The notes under the pieces are model-generated. The model saw only the letters and a program-made list of their open reading frames with translations, was not told the DNA's origin and ran no database searches. Shown here piece after piece: positions 1 to 13,200 of a stretch of DNA of 64,000 bases (its first letter is position 1; every line of letters begins with the position of its first letter). The stretch is taken from NCBI GenBank assembly GCA_047967505.1, contig CM106538.1; one strand, given 5' to 3'. Source of the DNA: Dipteris shenzhenensis (lineage: Eukaryota). The translations under genes and the position numbers were made by a program.

Positions 1-2127
1 TTCACAATCTCCATAGGGTCGCAGGCTTTATGTATCAATACAATAGTTGTGGTGCTCCAAGTGGGTGGGAAGCCATGACAAACAACCTGGTTGAACTGTG
101 TGCTAGGATTGGATCTAGGACTTGCCCATGCACAAAGGGCTTAGTCCATAGACCCTCATTATCCTATGCTTTTCGGTTATGTAGCCAATGAAGTGCAGCC
201 CGGACATTCTATGTGGTAAATAAGTGACAAGTGGTGGGCTTAGGCATAGAGGACATGTTCGGTGGTGTCTGCATTTGGACATCATATAGGAAACATCCAT
301 ACGTGTACCAAACATCTGGGTCAATGATGGGGATAGGTGGCTTCCCCTCCATTAGGAAACCCCATCCAGTGGTAGACGGGTCTCCTCCTCGAAAAGATCT
401 GACAATCTCATCCATCCTATGTGTGAGAAAGGCCCGCCTCTTGTGGCGTGTTAATTATCGAAAACTCCTCTGTGCCTCAGATGGTGTCAGATGCCCTAAA
501 GTCTGCTCTCGTACGAGGTAGGCTCTCACCTCTCTGCACTCAATATCAAACCAAGGGTTTTAAGGTGTCTTCCCATCTCGGACTCGCGTGGATCGGGTCA
601 TGGGAAAGGATTTGGTGGCAGCATCCTATACCACTAAGACAAGGGCGTCCGAGGTGCGTTCAAGGTCTATGTCATCCTCAAGTAGGGCGGGGAGTGCTCT
701 GGCTTAGTGACTCATGTAAACTGGGTCGAGGGCACGATTAAAGTGGATCTGAACACGTGCAGGCATGACGGGGGCTCTCCTTGTGAGTGGCATAGTGACG
801 GAGACATGGAAGGCGAGGTATGAGTGGTCAACTCCAAGTGGGGGTGGGAGTACAATGAAATTGTGTATCCATGATACAAGGGCCATTGGGCCCAGTAGGT
901 ATTCCACTGTACTGGACCCACCACCATGTGGGAAATAGGTGAGTCCACTAGACAATGGTCATCTCTGAAGACCATTATAGATGATCAAGTCATAGACTAC
1001 TCCCAAATCAAGTAGATGTCACCCATATCTTGTCACATGTGGAGCATCTGTGGAGTGTCTCAGTATCCCTAGCTCAGCTACATCTAGCTCCGTGACTATG
1101 TGAGGATCTTTGTCATCTATGAAATCAAGCAAACCCCACCTGTCTATCTCTTGTCTATGCATTGAAGTCTCCTAGCAGGAGGATGTCTCCTTGCCTGGAG
1201 AACTCCGTGATGTCATCATGGATTGTCTCATATGGACTGTGTCCCTCTATGGTGACCTCTCGTGCATAGGAAGACGTGTCTAGAGGAAAGTAGCATATCA
1301 CCATAAAGATAGGTTAGGAATCCTAGAGCTGAACTCGTATCCACATGTGACGTGCATGCTCCTCTCACCGAGCCACAGACATGAATGGCCTCAGGTGTGA
1401 TTTGAAGAGCACAACTACCCCCTAGAGCCTCATACTCTGGTATCTCTCCTTAGCTCCCTTCTATGAGCTGACTCCCATGTATATCATGTCACTGTGGGCA
1501 ACCCTCTCTTTGGGCTCTCATGCATCTCAATGTAAAATATCATGTCCCTATCACTGTATGTTTCCAAGAAGCCTCCAAGATCCGGACCATAGTGTGCCAT
1601 TCAATTCCAAAATTCAATTCCAAACTGCTATTTTCAGTCCAGAGTGTACTCATTCCATGGGCTTGACACTGTCATAATTCCCCCTCTTCCTTCTCTTCCT
1701 TGTCTCCTCTATCTCAGATGATCACTCTACCATCTCTCTATGTTGCCCGTTTCCGTGCTTCTCTTGGTGCCATTACTCGTACCATTCCTTCGCTTCGATG
1801 CTCTTGTTGTAGGAGAGTGAGATAATCATCTAGATAGATTCTTGTACCTTTCAGAGTTGCTCCTGCCCATGGTTGTCCTAAACTTCAGCACTAGTGGCCT
1901 TGTAGGTGCTTTAGGTTTGCCTACCCTCCAGGCTATCTCGCATGTGAGATTGAACCCCATTTTTGTTAGTAGTACCTGGACATCTGCCATCGGTGTGTCC
2001 CCTATTATTGAACCCCTCACAAGGACATTTAGTGCCTTGTTGGCCCTTCTCTTTTCCTCAAGTGCCTATGATATCAATTCTTTCTTTGGGGCTGTTGTGC
2101 CCTTTTTTACCACATCCTTCCATTTTT
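1..2127 (-). mobile_element. Decayed non-LTR retrotransposon (LINE): ORF1 remnant, APE endonuclease, start of RT; continues off the left edge
   Basis: Minus-strand translation: ORF1 'AWRVGKPKAPTRPLVLKF' and 'RIYLDDYLT' (~1750-2020). APE motifs 'KIAVWN' (~1620), 'LLLGDFNA' (~1160-1185), 'TYFPHGGGSSTVEY' and 'DHSY' (~820-940). RT lead-in 'FNQVVCHGFPPTWSTTTIVLIHK' (~25-95). Many stops and frameshifts. Confidence 0.8.
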
Positions 2128-2699
2128 ACTAGAACTCCTAGTACTACACACCAATACATCACATCACCACACTCTTTGGCTATGATATCTCCAACACCCC
2201 CCTTTACAACAAAGAGAGTGAGACCCAACACGTAAGGTCCAGTAGACCGAACACCCTCCACTGCAATACTGCAAAGAGCAACTCCAACTATCCAACACGT
2301 CCTGTGTGATAGTAAACTCTCAGTCAGCTTGCAACTAGCAAGGGCAAACCATCACTCGCCACCCCTCCTTACTTAGAACTGGGTGGTCAATACTATCAAA
2401 CCAAAGTAAAAGACAATACATTCATTTTTGCGGGACAACCCAAGGCAAAGTACCTCTTATTGATTCCAAATACATTCAGTTTAGAGGGATAACTAAAGGC
2501 TAGAACCTTTATTGACTCAACACAAACAAACATAGCATAGGGGGCCTAGAAATCCCATTCCTAACTCATCCTTGCACTTAGAGCCAATGGAACCTTCCAT
2601 CTCAAAAAAAAACTATGTGAAAGTTTACAATATATGTCCTCGTCCTCAAGTGAGAGGCCATGAACCTTTGCTATAGCTACATGTATCTCCTCTGGGAAC

Positions 2700-3450
2700 T
2701 CTTCAGGTTCAGCTTGTTCTTCAACAAAGGAGATTGGCATGGTGCTTCTCTTGTTCCCGTTCCTTCTTCTTGAAGCAATGAGCTTCAATGTGTCCTTTCC
2801 TCTCGCAAAACCTATAAGTAATGTTCTTGTTGGTCTTCCATTTGCTGGTGAAAGCAAATGCTTGATCACCAGGAGAGGCAAGAGAGGCTTCACACTCCCT
2901 CTCAATCAGGAGTGCCACCATATCATCAAATGTGATAGTGGCAAGGCCAAGGACTTTAAGAGTTTGCTCAAAGTGAGAGATTCCGTACATACTCTTCATA
3001 AGGATAGCCATCTTATCTTCATCATTTGGCGTGCTTTTCATACTTCAAAGTTGTTGAACAAGAGATTGAAACTATGCTAGATGATCACTCAACTCATGGC
3101 TCTTCCATTTTCAAATCATAAAACTTAAGCTTCAAAAGGACTTTAGAGTTGGTGATTTTAATACCAAACAATGTCTCGAGGCTATCCCAAATCTCCTTAG
3201 CTATTGACTTGAAGTCCACATGATAAATAAGAGTGCCGGCCAAGCAAAGACCAATGAGGGAATGGCCTTAGCATTTTGTTGCTTCCAAATCCTTTGGTGT
3301 TTTTTGATAAGTAACTCACTCTTGTCATCCTCAACAACATCCCAAACACCTTCGCACATAAGAAGTAGCTACATCTTGGTTTGCCATGTGGGAAAACCTT
3401 CCCCTTTGAATTTCTCCACAAGCAAAGAGGTGGAGGACAATGAAGTCATG
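2700..3450 (-). pseudogene. gag: Copia gag, degenerate, with zinc-knuckle remnant
   Basis: 'GEGFPTWQTKM*LLLMCEGVWDVV', 'EDKMAILMKSM...TFDDMVALL', 'FCERKGHIEAHC'. Confidence 0.8.
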
Positions 3451-4175
3451 ATGCCAAGGAGCTTAATGAAAGTGGATGGCAAGAAGCAGGCCAAAGAGAG
3501 GCAAAGGATTGCTCCAAAATGCAAAACAGTGACCTAGAGCAGCCTCGGGATGAATGAGAGGCGAAGAGCAGCCCCGAAAATGAGTGTGAAGGAGGTGGAT
3601 CTGCAACAACAACCCTAAAATAGCTTGCAAATGCAAGCAACTACTCCAAAATAGGTCAAGGAGGCCTAAAAACGGGATTGAAGATGCTTTGAAATAGCTC
3701 AAAATTTCACACGTGCAAGCCTGGTATGCTCCGAAATGCACATAGCCCTTGGAAAATGTTTCGAAATGCAAAGGATGGCCTCCACACACCACTGGCAAGG
3801 CTAGAACTACTCAAAAAGTTGGAAAAGGTGGCCAGAAGTGTGTTGCCACAAGGCGGCTATGCAAGAGTAGCAAGGTGGCAGGAGGAGGTGCTCAGAACGG
3901 GTGGAAATAACAGGGAATAGGAGGTGAAATGAGCACAAAAGGAGACGGCTATGGAAAGGTAGGCTATGGTGGAGCTGAATGGGCACAATAGAGGACAAAT
4001 GGCTACAGGATAGAGGCAAAAAAGAGCAGGGTTGAGGTGGCTATAGAACTTAAAGCCAGAACAAAATTAGGGTTTTGGATTAGCATTAGGTCTGGATGAT
4101 GTGGTAGCTATGGCAGGGTGACGCGATAGCTATGACAAGGTGAAGCTGCTCTGATACCATGTTAGAAACATGGTG

Positions 4176-4185
4176 GAGAGAGAGG

Positions 4186-4268
<83 letters not shown>
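4176..4268. repeat. (GA)n microsatellite inside the LTR
   Basis: Direct read. Confidence 0.95.
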
Positions 4269-4272
<4 letters not shown>

Positions 4273-5849
4273 TAGGGTGTGAGGAAATGATGCTCAAACA
4301 TGATGAAGGCTTTCATTCATTCATCAAGGATGACATGGTAAGTGAAGTACAAGCCTTATTTAGGATGAGCACACACACACATGTACCAAGTGTATATGGG
4401 ATAACACATAGGGTGACATGTGGCACTCACACATGAACTAGAACTAGAACTCCTAGTACTGCACACTAATGCATCACATCACCACACTCTTTGGGTATGA
4501 TACCTCCAACACTATCCAAAGACTCTCCTGTACTCATGGACACACCTAGCTCAACTACAAAATGATGGCATCCTCCAGTGAGAAGAAGCTCTGTCATAAT
4601 GCAAGGTCTTGAATATCAAACTAGCATGCACAGATGTCTACAGGAATATTTGCATAGACCGTAAAGAATAGGAAAAGGAGTTGCCATCACCCAACCCTTG
4701 CCAGACAAGAGTGGACTTGAGAACACACAAGACTATGGACTCTAGGTAACCAAGCCCTACTCATCATTTGACTAGCAATTTTGTTGTCAATCACCTCTCA
4801 AGTCCATATCTCACACCGTGTGATCTAAAACCACTTGAAGTAGAGTGCAAGATATGATCCTCTTTGGTGGAGACTATGGAACCCAAAAACTGATTTGCTT
4901 GAGTCTTTGATACCTCCCATCAATAGACTGAATGGAAAGGGTGACTAGAAAGTAGAGGGGAGACCTTTGTCTATCAACTTGAAATGTGAGATAAAGAAAG
5001 CCCTACCAAACTAGATGCTAGAGATGACATGAAGGACTACATCAAAAGCCCGATCCCTCTCCTAGAGTAAGTGAGATGAGACTCTATTGCATGTATTCGT
5101 ATCTTTAGGCTCTCTCACTAGCTCTCCTGCTAGTATCTCCCAATCATCCATCCTACCCAAAAGTTGTGAAACTATGTGAGCATAAAAAATCCAAGCCTTA
5201 GGCATACCAGGTGATCTCAAACTCATGGGCGAGCTCCCCTCATAGGTAAAAAGATCAAAGTAGAACAATGAGAGAAAAGTCGTGAGCTACTTCCCTGAGA
5301 ATCACTCTCTATAAAAGAGATCTAGATAATGAGATTTGATATCCAACAGGTGGTGAGAGAAGTGTAGCTACAACTAAGGTTGGAGCCACCGAAGATGAAG
5401 CCATGACCGGTACAACCATTTTTACCTTCTAAAATTGTGTGAACCAGCCCTCCACTAGGACTCTGCATAGAATCTAGTAAGTCTTGAGACTACTTTGGGG
5501 GAGATGAACCTCCATCCTGGGTAGTTCTGTAGAAGGATGAGCCTCTTGGGTATCTAGAGTGCATCTCTGCCATCTCTGCTTGAGCCTCTGCCTCTACCTC
5601 TGAGTCCTCCAATCTCGATGCACACCTAGAAACACCCCTGACAAGCCCTCTGGCTTAATACCAAGTATTGTAGATTCCATAATCTTGGGAATAGGAATTG
5701 GTATGAGGGAATGGGGGCATTGGGTGCACTGGTGGAACTGGAGATATAGAAAGTGAAGGCTATATAGGAGGGATAGGAGGTATAATGGAATAGAAGGCTG
5801 GGGATAATTTTGGGGTATAGGAAGAACAAGGGGAAAGGATGATGACTAT

Positions 5850-6570
5850 TTCCCCCTACTCTAATTAAGTAACCTCTTCTTTGATAGAAGAGACACTGAT
5901 CTAGGAGGCCTTCATAAACAACTCTCTATTGCACCTAGGGTCCCTCACCTATGGAATATGCAATCACCAAAGGTAGTGGCTAAGACTTCGATGGTACCTG
6001 ACCCCACAAGAGTCTGAGCATATCACAATCTATGGCTTGCGGAGGGTGTCATTGTGCTTGCATAGCTGGTTATACAATGTGAGCTGATCTTGTCTAGAAG
6101 CCCTAGGAAGAGAATCGGTCATAAGAAGTGTTTCCACCATGGCGATAGGTAAATGCCCCTCTCTTGAAATACTAAAGGCATACTAGCACGTACCATCAAT
6201 GCTTGCTCAAAAATCTACAAGCCAAAATCTACCGCTTGCGGAGGGTATCATAGCTGGCTAGGTGCTCCACTACCCTACGATGTGAGCTGATCTCATTTGA
6301 AAGCCTAGGAAGATAACCGGTCATAAGAAAGTGTTTCCACCATGGACATAGGTAAATGACCCTCTCTTGAAATACTAAAGGCGTACTAGCAAGTACCGTC
6401 AATGCTTGCTCAGAAATCCACAAGCCAAAACTCAAAAGTACCCCCTACCAAGTAACCTAAATGATATGACTGTGAGATATAATGTGGTCTTATGGTGTAC
6501 ACCCAATCCCAGAGTTGTTGGCCTCTACCAGGTAAGTGGTTCTATCGAAAACCCTCCTCTGCTGCATCAA
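5850..6570 (-). mobile_element. L1-type LINE ORF1 remnant (DUF4283 and zinc-knuckle-like) with an internal ~200-bp tandem duplication
   Basis: 'QLWDWV', 'RLLGRGYF', 'VLASTPLVFQERVIYLCPWW', 'RVVYEGLLDQC'. Segments ~6075-6228 and ~6280-6430 are near-duplicates. Confidence 0.55.
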
Positions 6571-7175
6571 TCAAATGGATATCTAGAGGGAATGTGATGT
6601 GAACTCAACTTCCTTAGGTTGAGTGACAAATTGCCCCTCACTGTCTCAACTTTTTCCAACCCGAGGATGAGAAGCTATTGCTGCTGCTATAAGGAAAGAG
6701 AAAAAAAGGGAAGCCCAATCTGTAGTTGCTAGATGTCTTCCTTTTTTGTTCTCTTATTTGGTGGTAAATGGGGTATTGTTTCATGTTGATCAAAAGTCTT
6801 CTTAATGTCATTGGTTCCTTTGGGCCTCTTCAATCTAAGCTTCCACATCCACATCCATTGCTTCCTCATCTAATAGAGTCCCTTTTTAAGCTTTTGAGTC
6901 CATTGGTTACACATTTTGAGGGTTTTGACTTTTGTTGATTCTAGCGATTGGAGACGATGTCTTGCAAAGGAAGGAATATAGGTGTAATTTTTGGACTTGC
7001 ATTAATGAGAATAGTGGGTGAAACTATTAAATTTCAAATAATGGGATAAATTGTTTCATTGTAACATATTGAATCTAGGTGTTGAGAGGTCTCAGTGACT
7101 ATGCTAGTGTTTAAGGATGAGAATGGATGTTAGATCTCAGTTGTGATTCCATTTTCTATTTCTACCTCTTTGTAG

Positions 7176-7835
7176 GAATGGACACAGATAGAACTCTATC
7201 CGTGTGCAAAGAAGCAAAGGACATTGCAAATACGCTTCAACAAAAACTCATTAACATAGTTTTCCTAGACCATGAGTCCAACCTACATTTTCAAAAGATG
7301 TCTGAATTGGACAAGCTGCACGCCTTAGTGCAACCTCCAATTCAGCCACTTAAAAAAGCGAAGGTAATTGCACAAAAAATCAAGGTATCTATTAGTGAAA
7401 AGGTCATGGAAGGACTTTGCAAGAACGAGATAAGAGAGTTTTTCACATGCTGGATACAAGACTGTCAGCTGCGTGGAAAAATAATGGAGCATGACCTACA
7501 CGGAACATGGTCAAAGGACACCCTAAAACAAAAATGTTGCCACGTGTATTCATGTGTTGCCCCAGGGAAAGGTCATCCCATTCTAATATATGAAGGCAAT
7601 GCCACCTTTCAAGTAGTAGACTATTTTGCTGCTATGAAGCAGCACTACACTGCATTCCTTGATGCAGTCCGATACCTCACGTATGACATTCTCCAAGTAA
7701 GCACTCTTCATCTCTCTACTATTAGCATTTCCCCCCTATATTCTGGTATATTTAAGTGCAAGTGTGTGCTTGTGCAAGGTGACCGCCGACCAAGAGGCAG
7801 AATTCATCGAAGCAACAGAAGAGCCCGCTATGAAA
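7176..7835 (+). CDS. Two in-frame exons of an unknown spliced gene fragment
   Basis: Acceptor TTTGTAG|7176. Open exon 7176-7696 (MDTDRT...YDILQ). 82-nt intron GTAAGC...AAG at 7697-7778. Exon 7779-7835 (VTADQEAEFIEATEEPAMK), then donor GTAAGC. Confidence 0.55.
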
Positions 7836-8439
7836 GTAAGCACTTTTCTCCTCTTCATCTACACTCCTTCCCTTGCCCCTTCTTGTTTTGTTGCTCACCT
7901 TCTCCCGCACCCTCCCCCGCCCTTTTCTGTCCCCATGGGTAGCCTTTTTGACACACCATTGCTGGTTGAGGGCTGTCGACCTATTTATCTACCTATATTG
8001 GTGCCCCTTTTGGAGCCACAATTGGTTGGTATGCCATTACGATGAGTGGTTGTACAATCCCTTGTAGTGTTTGGAAGCCCAGGCAAGGTATCTATTTGCC
8101 TGCACTGGTGGTTTCAGGAGGTCATGTAGGGTCGGAGCAGCACCTAGGTTCCATCCCTGCCCATACAGCCCTTAGTCTTGATGGTGGTTGCTCCTTGGCC
8201 TCTCGCAGGCTCGATTTTCTTTGGCTGGCCTTAGCAAATCAATATGTGTCCAGCATTGTCTTGCTAGAGCACTCTTTAGCCTTCTCTCAAAGGGCTAACT
8301 TTGGAGCTTCCCCAAACCTCTCTTGTTCTATGTTTCAATGCAACGCTATGCTAGTTTCTCTCAGAGGTGTTGCAGCTGCTCACACTACTTAGGAGCAGCC
8401 CATACTTCTCTCTTCATCTTGTGATGTTGGAGGCCTTCT

Positions 8440-8840
8440 TGGATGTTTGGATCTTTTGCTGTGCGGGCCCTTTTGGCTATACTAGAAGCATTTCTTCTTG
8501 GTCAGGCTTCTTGTTGTGCTAGGCTTGCCCTTTCTCTTGCCTCTACTCTTGTCTTGTGCATGAAAGGCCTTGTTTTGGGATCCATCATACTTTCTCTCCT
8601 AAGCTTCTATCTATAGAATCAGAGGGACTTGGAAAGTCACTGATGTTGACTATTGTCTTGCAACCATGGTTGTAACAAAACCTTTGTAGCTCTTCAGCAG
8701 CATGCCAAGCAATCTGTGTTGAATCCATTTGTTGAGCTAGGGTTGATAGTTGATCCCCACCGTTTGTTGAGCAAGGGTAATGTGATCCCCCATTGTATCC
8801 CCCTCCTCCCCATTGTTGGAATGTGGGCTTGAACAAAGTC
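8440..8840 (-). mobile_element. Highly degenerate copia gag fragment
   Basis: 'LKSYKGFVTTM...VTFQ', then 'KAFHAQDKSRGKRKGK...KKKCF*YSQKG' (decayed knuckle). Confidence 0.45.
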
Positions 8841-9389
8841 TCAGGCTACAAGCACACGGGGGGACTCCTCCTTGGACTGAAACAAACTCCTAAAGAAATC
8901 TATAGCCATCTCTAGAATCTCCTAGGGGTTCGAGTCCATCGCATCTCTCCGTCTTTGTAGTTGCATCCTTTCTTACTTGTGTCCTATGGTTTGAAAGAAT
9001 TACTTGGTCATCCTCTCACCCTGTTATACCCATCAGGCCCTAGATGAGTGGTAGGAAAACTTTGCACTATGTATCTTTATGTCCTGGAGATCAAGCAATG
9101 CACACTTGTGTCAATCTGCTAGCCACTGAGAGCCTAGGTCTTGCTTGCTCGCTTGTGTTTCAAGCCCTAGTGAGGACGGATTGACACGATCTTTCTTTAG
9201 GTGCTTCTTGGAGCACATCCATACCCCCTTTGACTAGTTTTCCAATAGATTTTTGACACTGGCTCACTCCTGTTGTCTCAGAGTTGTGGGTAGATTTGTT
9301 TGATCTTGAAGGGGGGTTAATAGGATGGATCTACAACATAGAAGAGTAATCACTCAACTGGCACTCAACTGGACACCACGTACAAGATC

Positions 9390-10210
9390 TTGAGTTTCTA
9401 ATTGCAGCCCCATATATTTGATATTATTCATGACACAAAGACATGGTTTATTCAAGGGGACAGCATCCTAGACAACATCTTCACTTTCTAGGAGGCACTA
9501 GATTAGGCTCGGGGGATGGGAGAAGCCTCAGCCTCTTGCATCTTGAGAGGCTTAATACAAGGTGGAGTGATCTTTCTTGGAGGGCAACATGCAAAGATTA
9601 GGTTTTTTAGATTGATGGATCAGAGGCTCTTGGCCTTATATGCAGGGAGCTCTAGTCAAATGTTTATTAGTGTCTAGACAAGTGAGGCATTCTCCTTCTC
9701 TCATTCAGTTCATCAAGGTTGTCCCCTTGACCCCTTTCTCTTACTTTTTGCAGTGGAGGCATTGGGATATTTTTGAGCTCTTAGATTGCATGCCTTACGA
9801 GGATGTTCACAATCTGACAAGAAGAACTCTTGGATTCATAGTTTGCAGGTGAAATGACACTTTATGTGGAGGGTTCTACAAAGAGACTTGAGGCAGTTAG
9901 GGAGGCTCTAGCCAATTACTGGAAGGCTTCTTGGGCCAGAATCAACTGGACTAAATTAGTTGGCTTCCTTATAGTGACTGAGGAGGTTCAAGAGGTTTGA
10001 GATTGGAGGACTACCCTTGGTTTTGACTAGATTCCATGGGGCAAACAGTGAGATACCTTAGGTGCTATGTGGCCAAACAATGAGATACCTTGGGTGCCAA
10101 GTGGCCATGGACTATCAACAGAGCAATACATAGCCCCGTCAATAGAGAGTGTGCATCGCAAGCTTTTCTACTGAAGCTCTGCCAAACTCTCCCTAGTAGG
10201 TCGGGCCTGG
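9390..10210 (+). mobile_element. L1-type LINE reverse transcriptase fragment, degenerate
   Basis: 'FIQGDSILDNIFTF*EAL', 'SVHQGCPL', decayed FADD at ~9840, 'INWTKL', 'RYLG'. Confidence 0.75.
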
Positions 10211-13200
10211 CAGTGAAATTATTTGGTATGGTTCTAGACTCATGTGGATAAACAATTGGTAGGGTGCTGACTATTGTTTTTCATGGGGTATTTTCAAAGA
10301 GGATTGGCTATTTATTAGCAAAGTTTCCACACTGCCCATGTCCCATGCTAAGTTCCACTTTAGTTTCTCACAACTAAACCATGGTGTTATATCTCCATGC
10401 CATGGGTATTGTATACCAAGGTGATTCTAGACTTGAGTACATTTCTATTTTGACGCTTTCTTGCATATCATTTTTCCACTATCAGTGATCCCACTTCAGA
10501 GATAGGTTTTTAACTAGAATCATACAATCTTTATTAAAATTATCAAATAGAGGTCTTACATAGAGCTCCTCCCATTGTCTTTTTATCTTTACATTTTGCA
10601 TGTGATTGCTCTAAAGTACCCGCATCAAATTCTTATTTATCCTCCTTACAACAATACACTATAGCTATGTTTGTATTCAATTTGGAAGCTTCTTTTTCAA
10701 AGCTAGTTTAAATGATTTATGGAATGTCATGGTAAGGTAGTGATTTTGGAAATTTGTTCATCTCCCCCCATTGTGGTGAGATAGGGTTCTCTCTTCACTA
10801 TGTGGATTTAGATATCTCATCTAGTTTAGTTTACATGATGTCATTGTGAGATATATATTTCTCTGTCTCCCTCATTGTGGTTGGCTTGATCTTTTGCATC
10901 GCTACATCATATTTTATTGCCCTTTCATGATTTGGCAAGGTGATCTTGCTTGTGAGAAAATGATGCAATACATGGGTAATCTTAGATATGGCTGCCAAAC
11001 TAGCCTTGAAAGGGGATTTTCCTATGTAACTTTGCAAAGTTATGACTAATCCTAAACTTAATCCATTATCGGCCCCATTTCTAAGGATTTCTCTGAGCAT
11101 ATTTTGTTAATTTGGCTATGGTAAATTACAAAATCTTTTACTAAGCTGAGTAGGGTTCACATGTGGCCTCTACAAATTCTTTTTTAAATCATGGTATAGG
11201 TGTGGATCAGATTTGGAAGGTCATGTTGGATGTTCAAGGCATGTCTCAAGCTTTGCAAGTATCGAGAAGTATCATGTCTCTAGTCAATGGACAAAGAATA
11301 ATTTACTGCAACAATATCGAGACAATCAATGGAAAAAAAAGGTGGATAATTTTGTATGGGTACTACAAAAATATGTAAAATTAATTAATTCACCATTATC
11401 GTTAACTATTTAGGTTTTCACATGCATACTAAACGTCCAATGATTAGTCTAGATGTCAAGGTTAGTACTTGCAATCTAAATCAAGGTTAGAACTTACAAT
11501 AAATTGCAAGCACTGGGATAACCTATGAAATCCTCAAGGGTCACTTTTTAGAACCCATATAGCAAGTGTGAGCAATCATAAATATTAACATTTTACATTT
11601 TACATTTTGAAGCAAAAAATTTTACCCTCTTCTATATATTTACATGTTTGGAAGTTGAATTTAAAGCTCCCCCTTTATATAGTTAATTATATTAAATCCC
11701 CTCATATATATAAATGGAATATAAGTCCCCCAATTCAAAAATCCCCCCTCTGTTACCTTAGTACTAGCCCATGGGCTTCACAATTGACATGGATTATGTT
11801 CTTCATACACCAGCCAATGGGCTTCACCAATTGACATGTTTTCCTCTTCCTTAGCTTTGAAATGTAGTACTATGATCATTTTGAAAGATGAGTAAATTCT
11901 TGTAGATGAAGTTGTATGCGTCGTGGTGCCACATACTGACTTTATTCATGTTTGGTGAATCTTTAATAATGCCAAAGTGTTTGCAAGTGGAGCTTTTGTT
12001 TGTAGGTGTATGCCTTTTTCAATAGCATCAACTTCCATCCTTAAAAGCACCTCTGAAATGCATACAACTTAGATCGCTGAATTCCTCAGACAACTCAGGT
12101 CATTACATAAGAAATCTCCTCCCACCCTCACTCTACAGCACAAACTTACGATTCAAATAATTCATTCATTTGCAATTAGGCTGAAATCCATACATTAATT
12201 TCCTTTGCTCCAGATGGCACCCAAAATACTCTAGCCAGAGTCACATGGCAAACTTTGATTTTGCCACAAGCCCAAGGGAGCCTCGACACCATTAATCCTA
12301 AGATGCAGAGTAGCCCTCTTGGGCAAGATGATAGTGAGATGTCTCACTCTAGGATATAAGCCCTAGAAGCTCTTGATGCAACACGAGGTTCTTAAGAATA
12401 CCCCCATACTACAAGTGGTAGTCAAGAACATGGGCTTCTTAGGGAACATCCCCATCCTACAAGTGGTTTGTGGGGCAGTCTTTGTTCAAATGGATATTCT
12501 CACCTACACCTCTTACAAGAAAAGGCTCCCCTTTGATGAGAAGACTTTTTAGAGTCTCAAAGCACTTATGCTTGGTCTTATCCATCCTACCCCACTGATA
12601 TAGTAATCGGACTCCTCGTGGGAGAGGTTGAGTACCACCTGGACTCCACACTATTGGTCTAGAAAGCTTTTGTGGATGAAAGTGACCCTCAGGGTATAGT
12701 TCCTCAAGCAAACTCTGTGCCACTTCCAATGTAGGTTCTATAAAGTAGGGAAGGGAGGCCTTCTATTGGAAGAGATGGACAGTGATTAGTGGGATGGGGC
12801 ATCTTGGATGGGCTTACTTGGTAGAGGATCATGATTGTGGTTTCATCTTGGGGCATCTTGGATGGGCTTACTTGGTAGAGGATCCAGACTTGGTTTTGTT
12901 GATAGGGAGGGAGCACACTGGCAACCGTAGTTATGGTGGAAGGGGCGTGCTCTTAGAAAGGTTTAGTGGGATCCAAGGGAGTGATTCTAGCCTGCTCGAG
13001 TAGGGCACTTTGACAAGGTGGAGGAGATGGCTTTCTTTTCTTCCACCACCCATATAGTCTCATTACTTGTAGCTAGAGGTAGTAGCATGGACTTCCCTGA
13101 GAGGGCAACACTGGGTTGAGAAGGAGGTCCCCAAAGAGATCATTCCCTTAGTTCTTGTCATGCCTTTGGTCCAACCTGCAACCATGGAAGATTCCTATTT

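Larger units (their letters stand above)
2128..4511 (-). mobile_element. Non-autonomous Ty1/copia derivative (gag only); 3' LTR truncated
   Basis: 5' LTR 4160-4511 (TG...CA). PBS TGGTATCAGAGC on minus at 4148-4159. Polypurine run 2197-2205 next to a ~70-bp remnant of the same LTR (2128-2196). No pol motifs in between. Confidence 0.85.
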
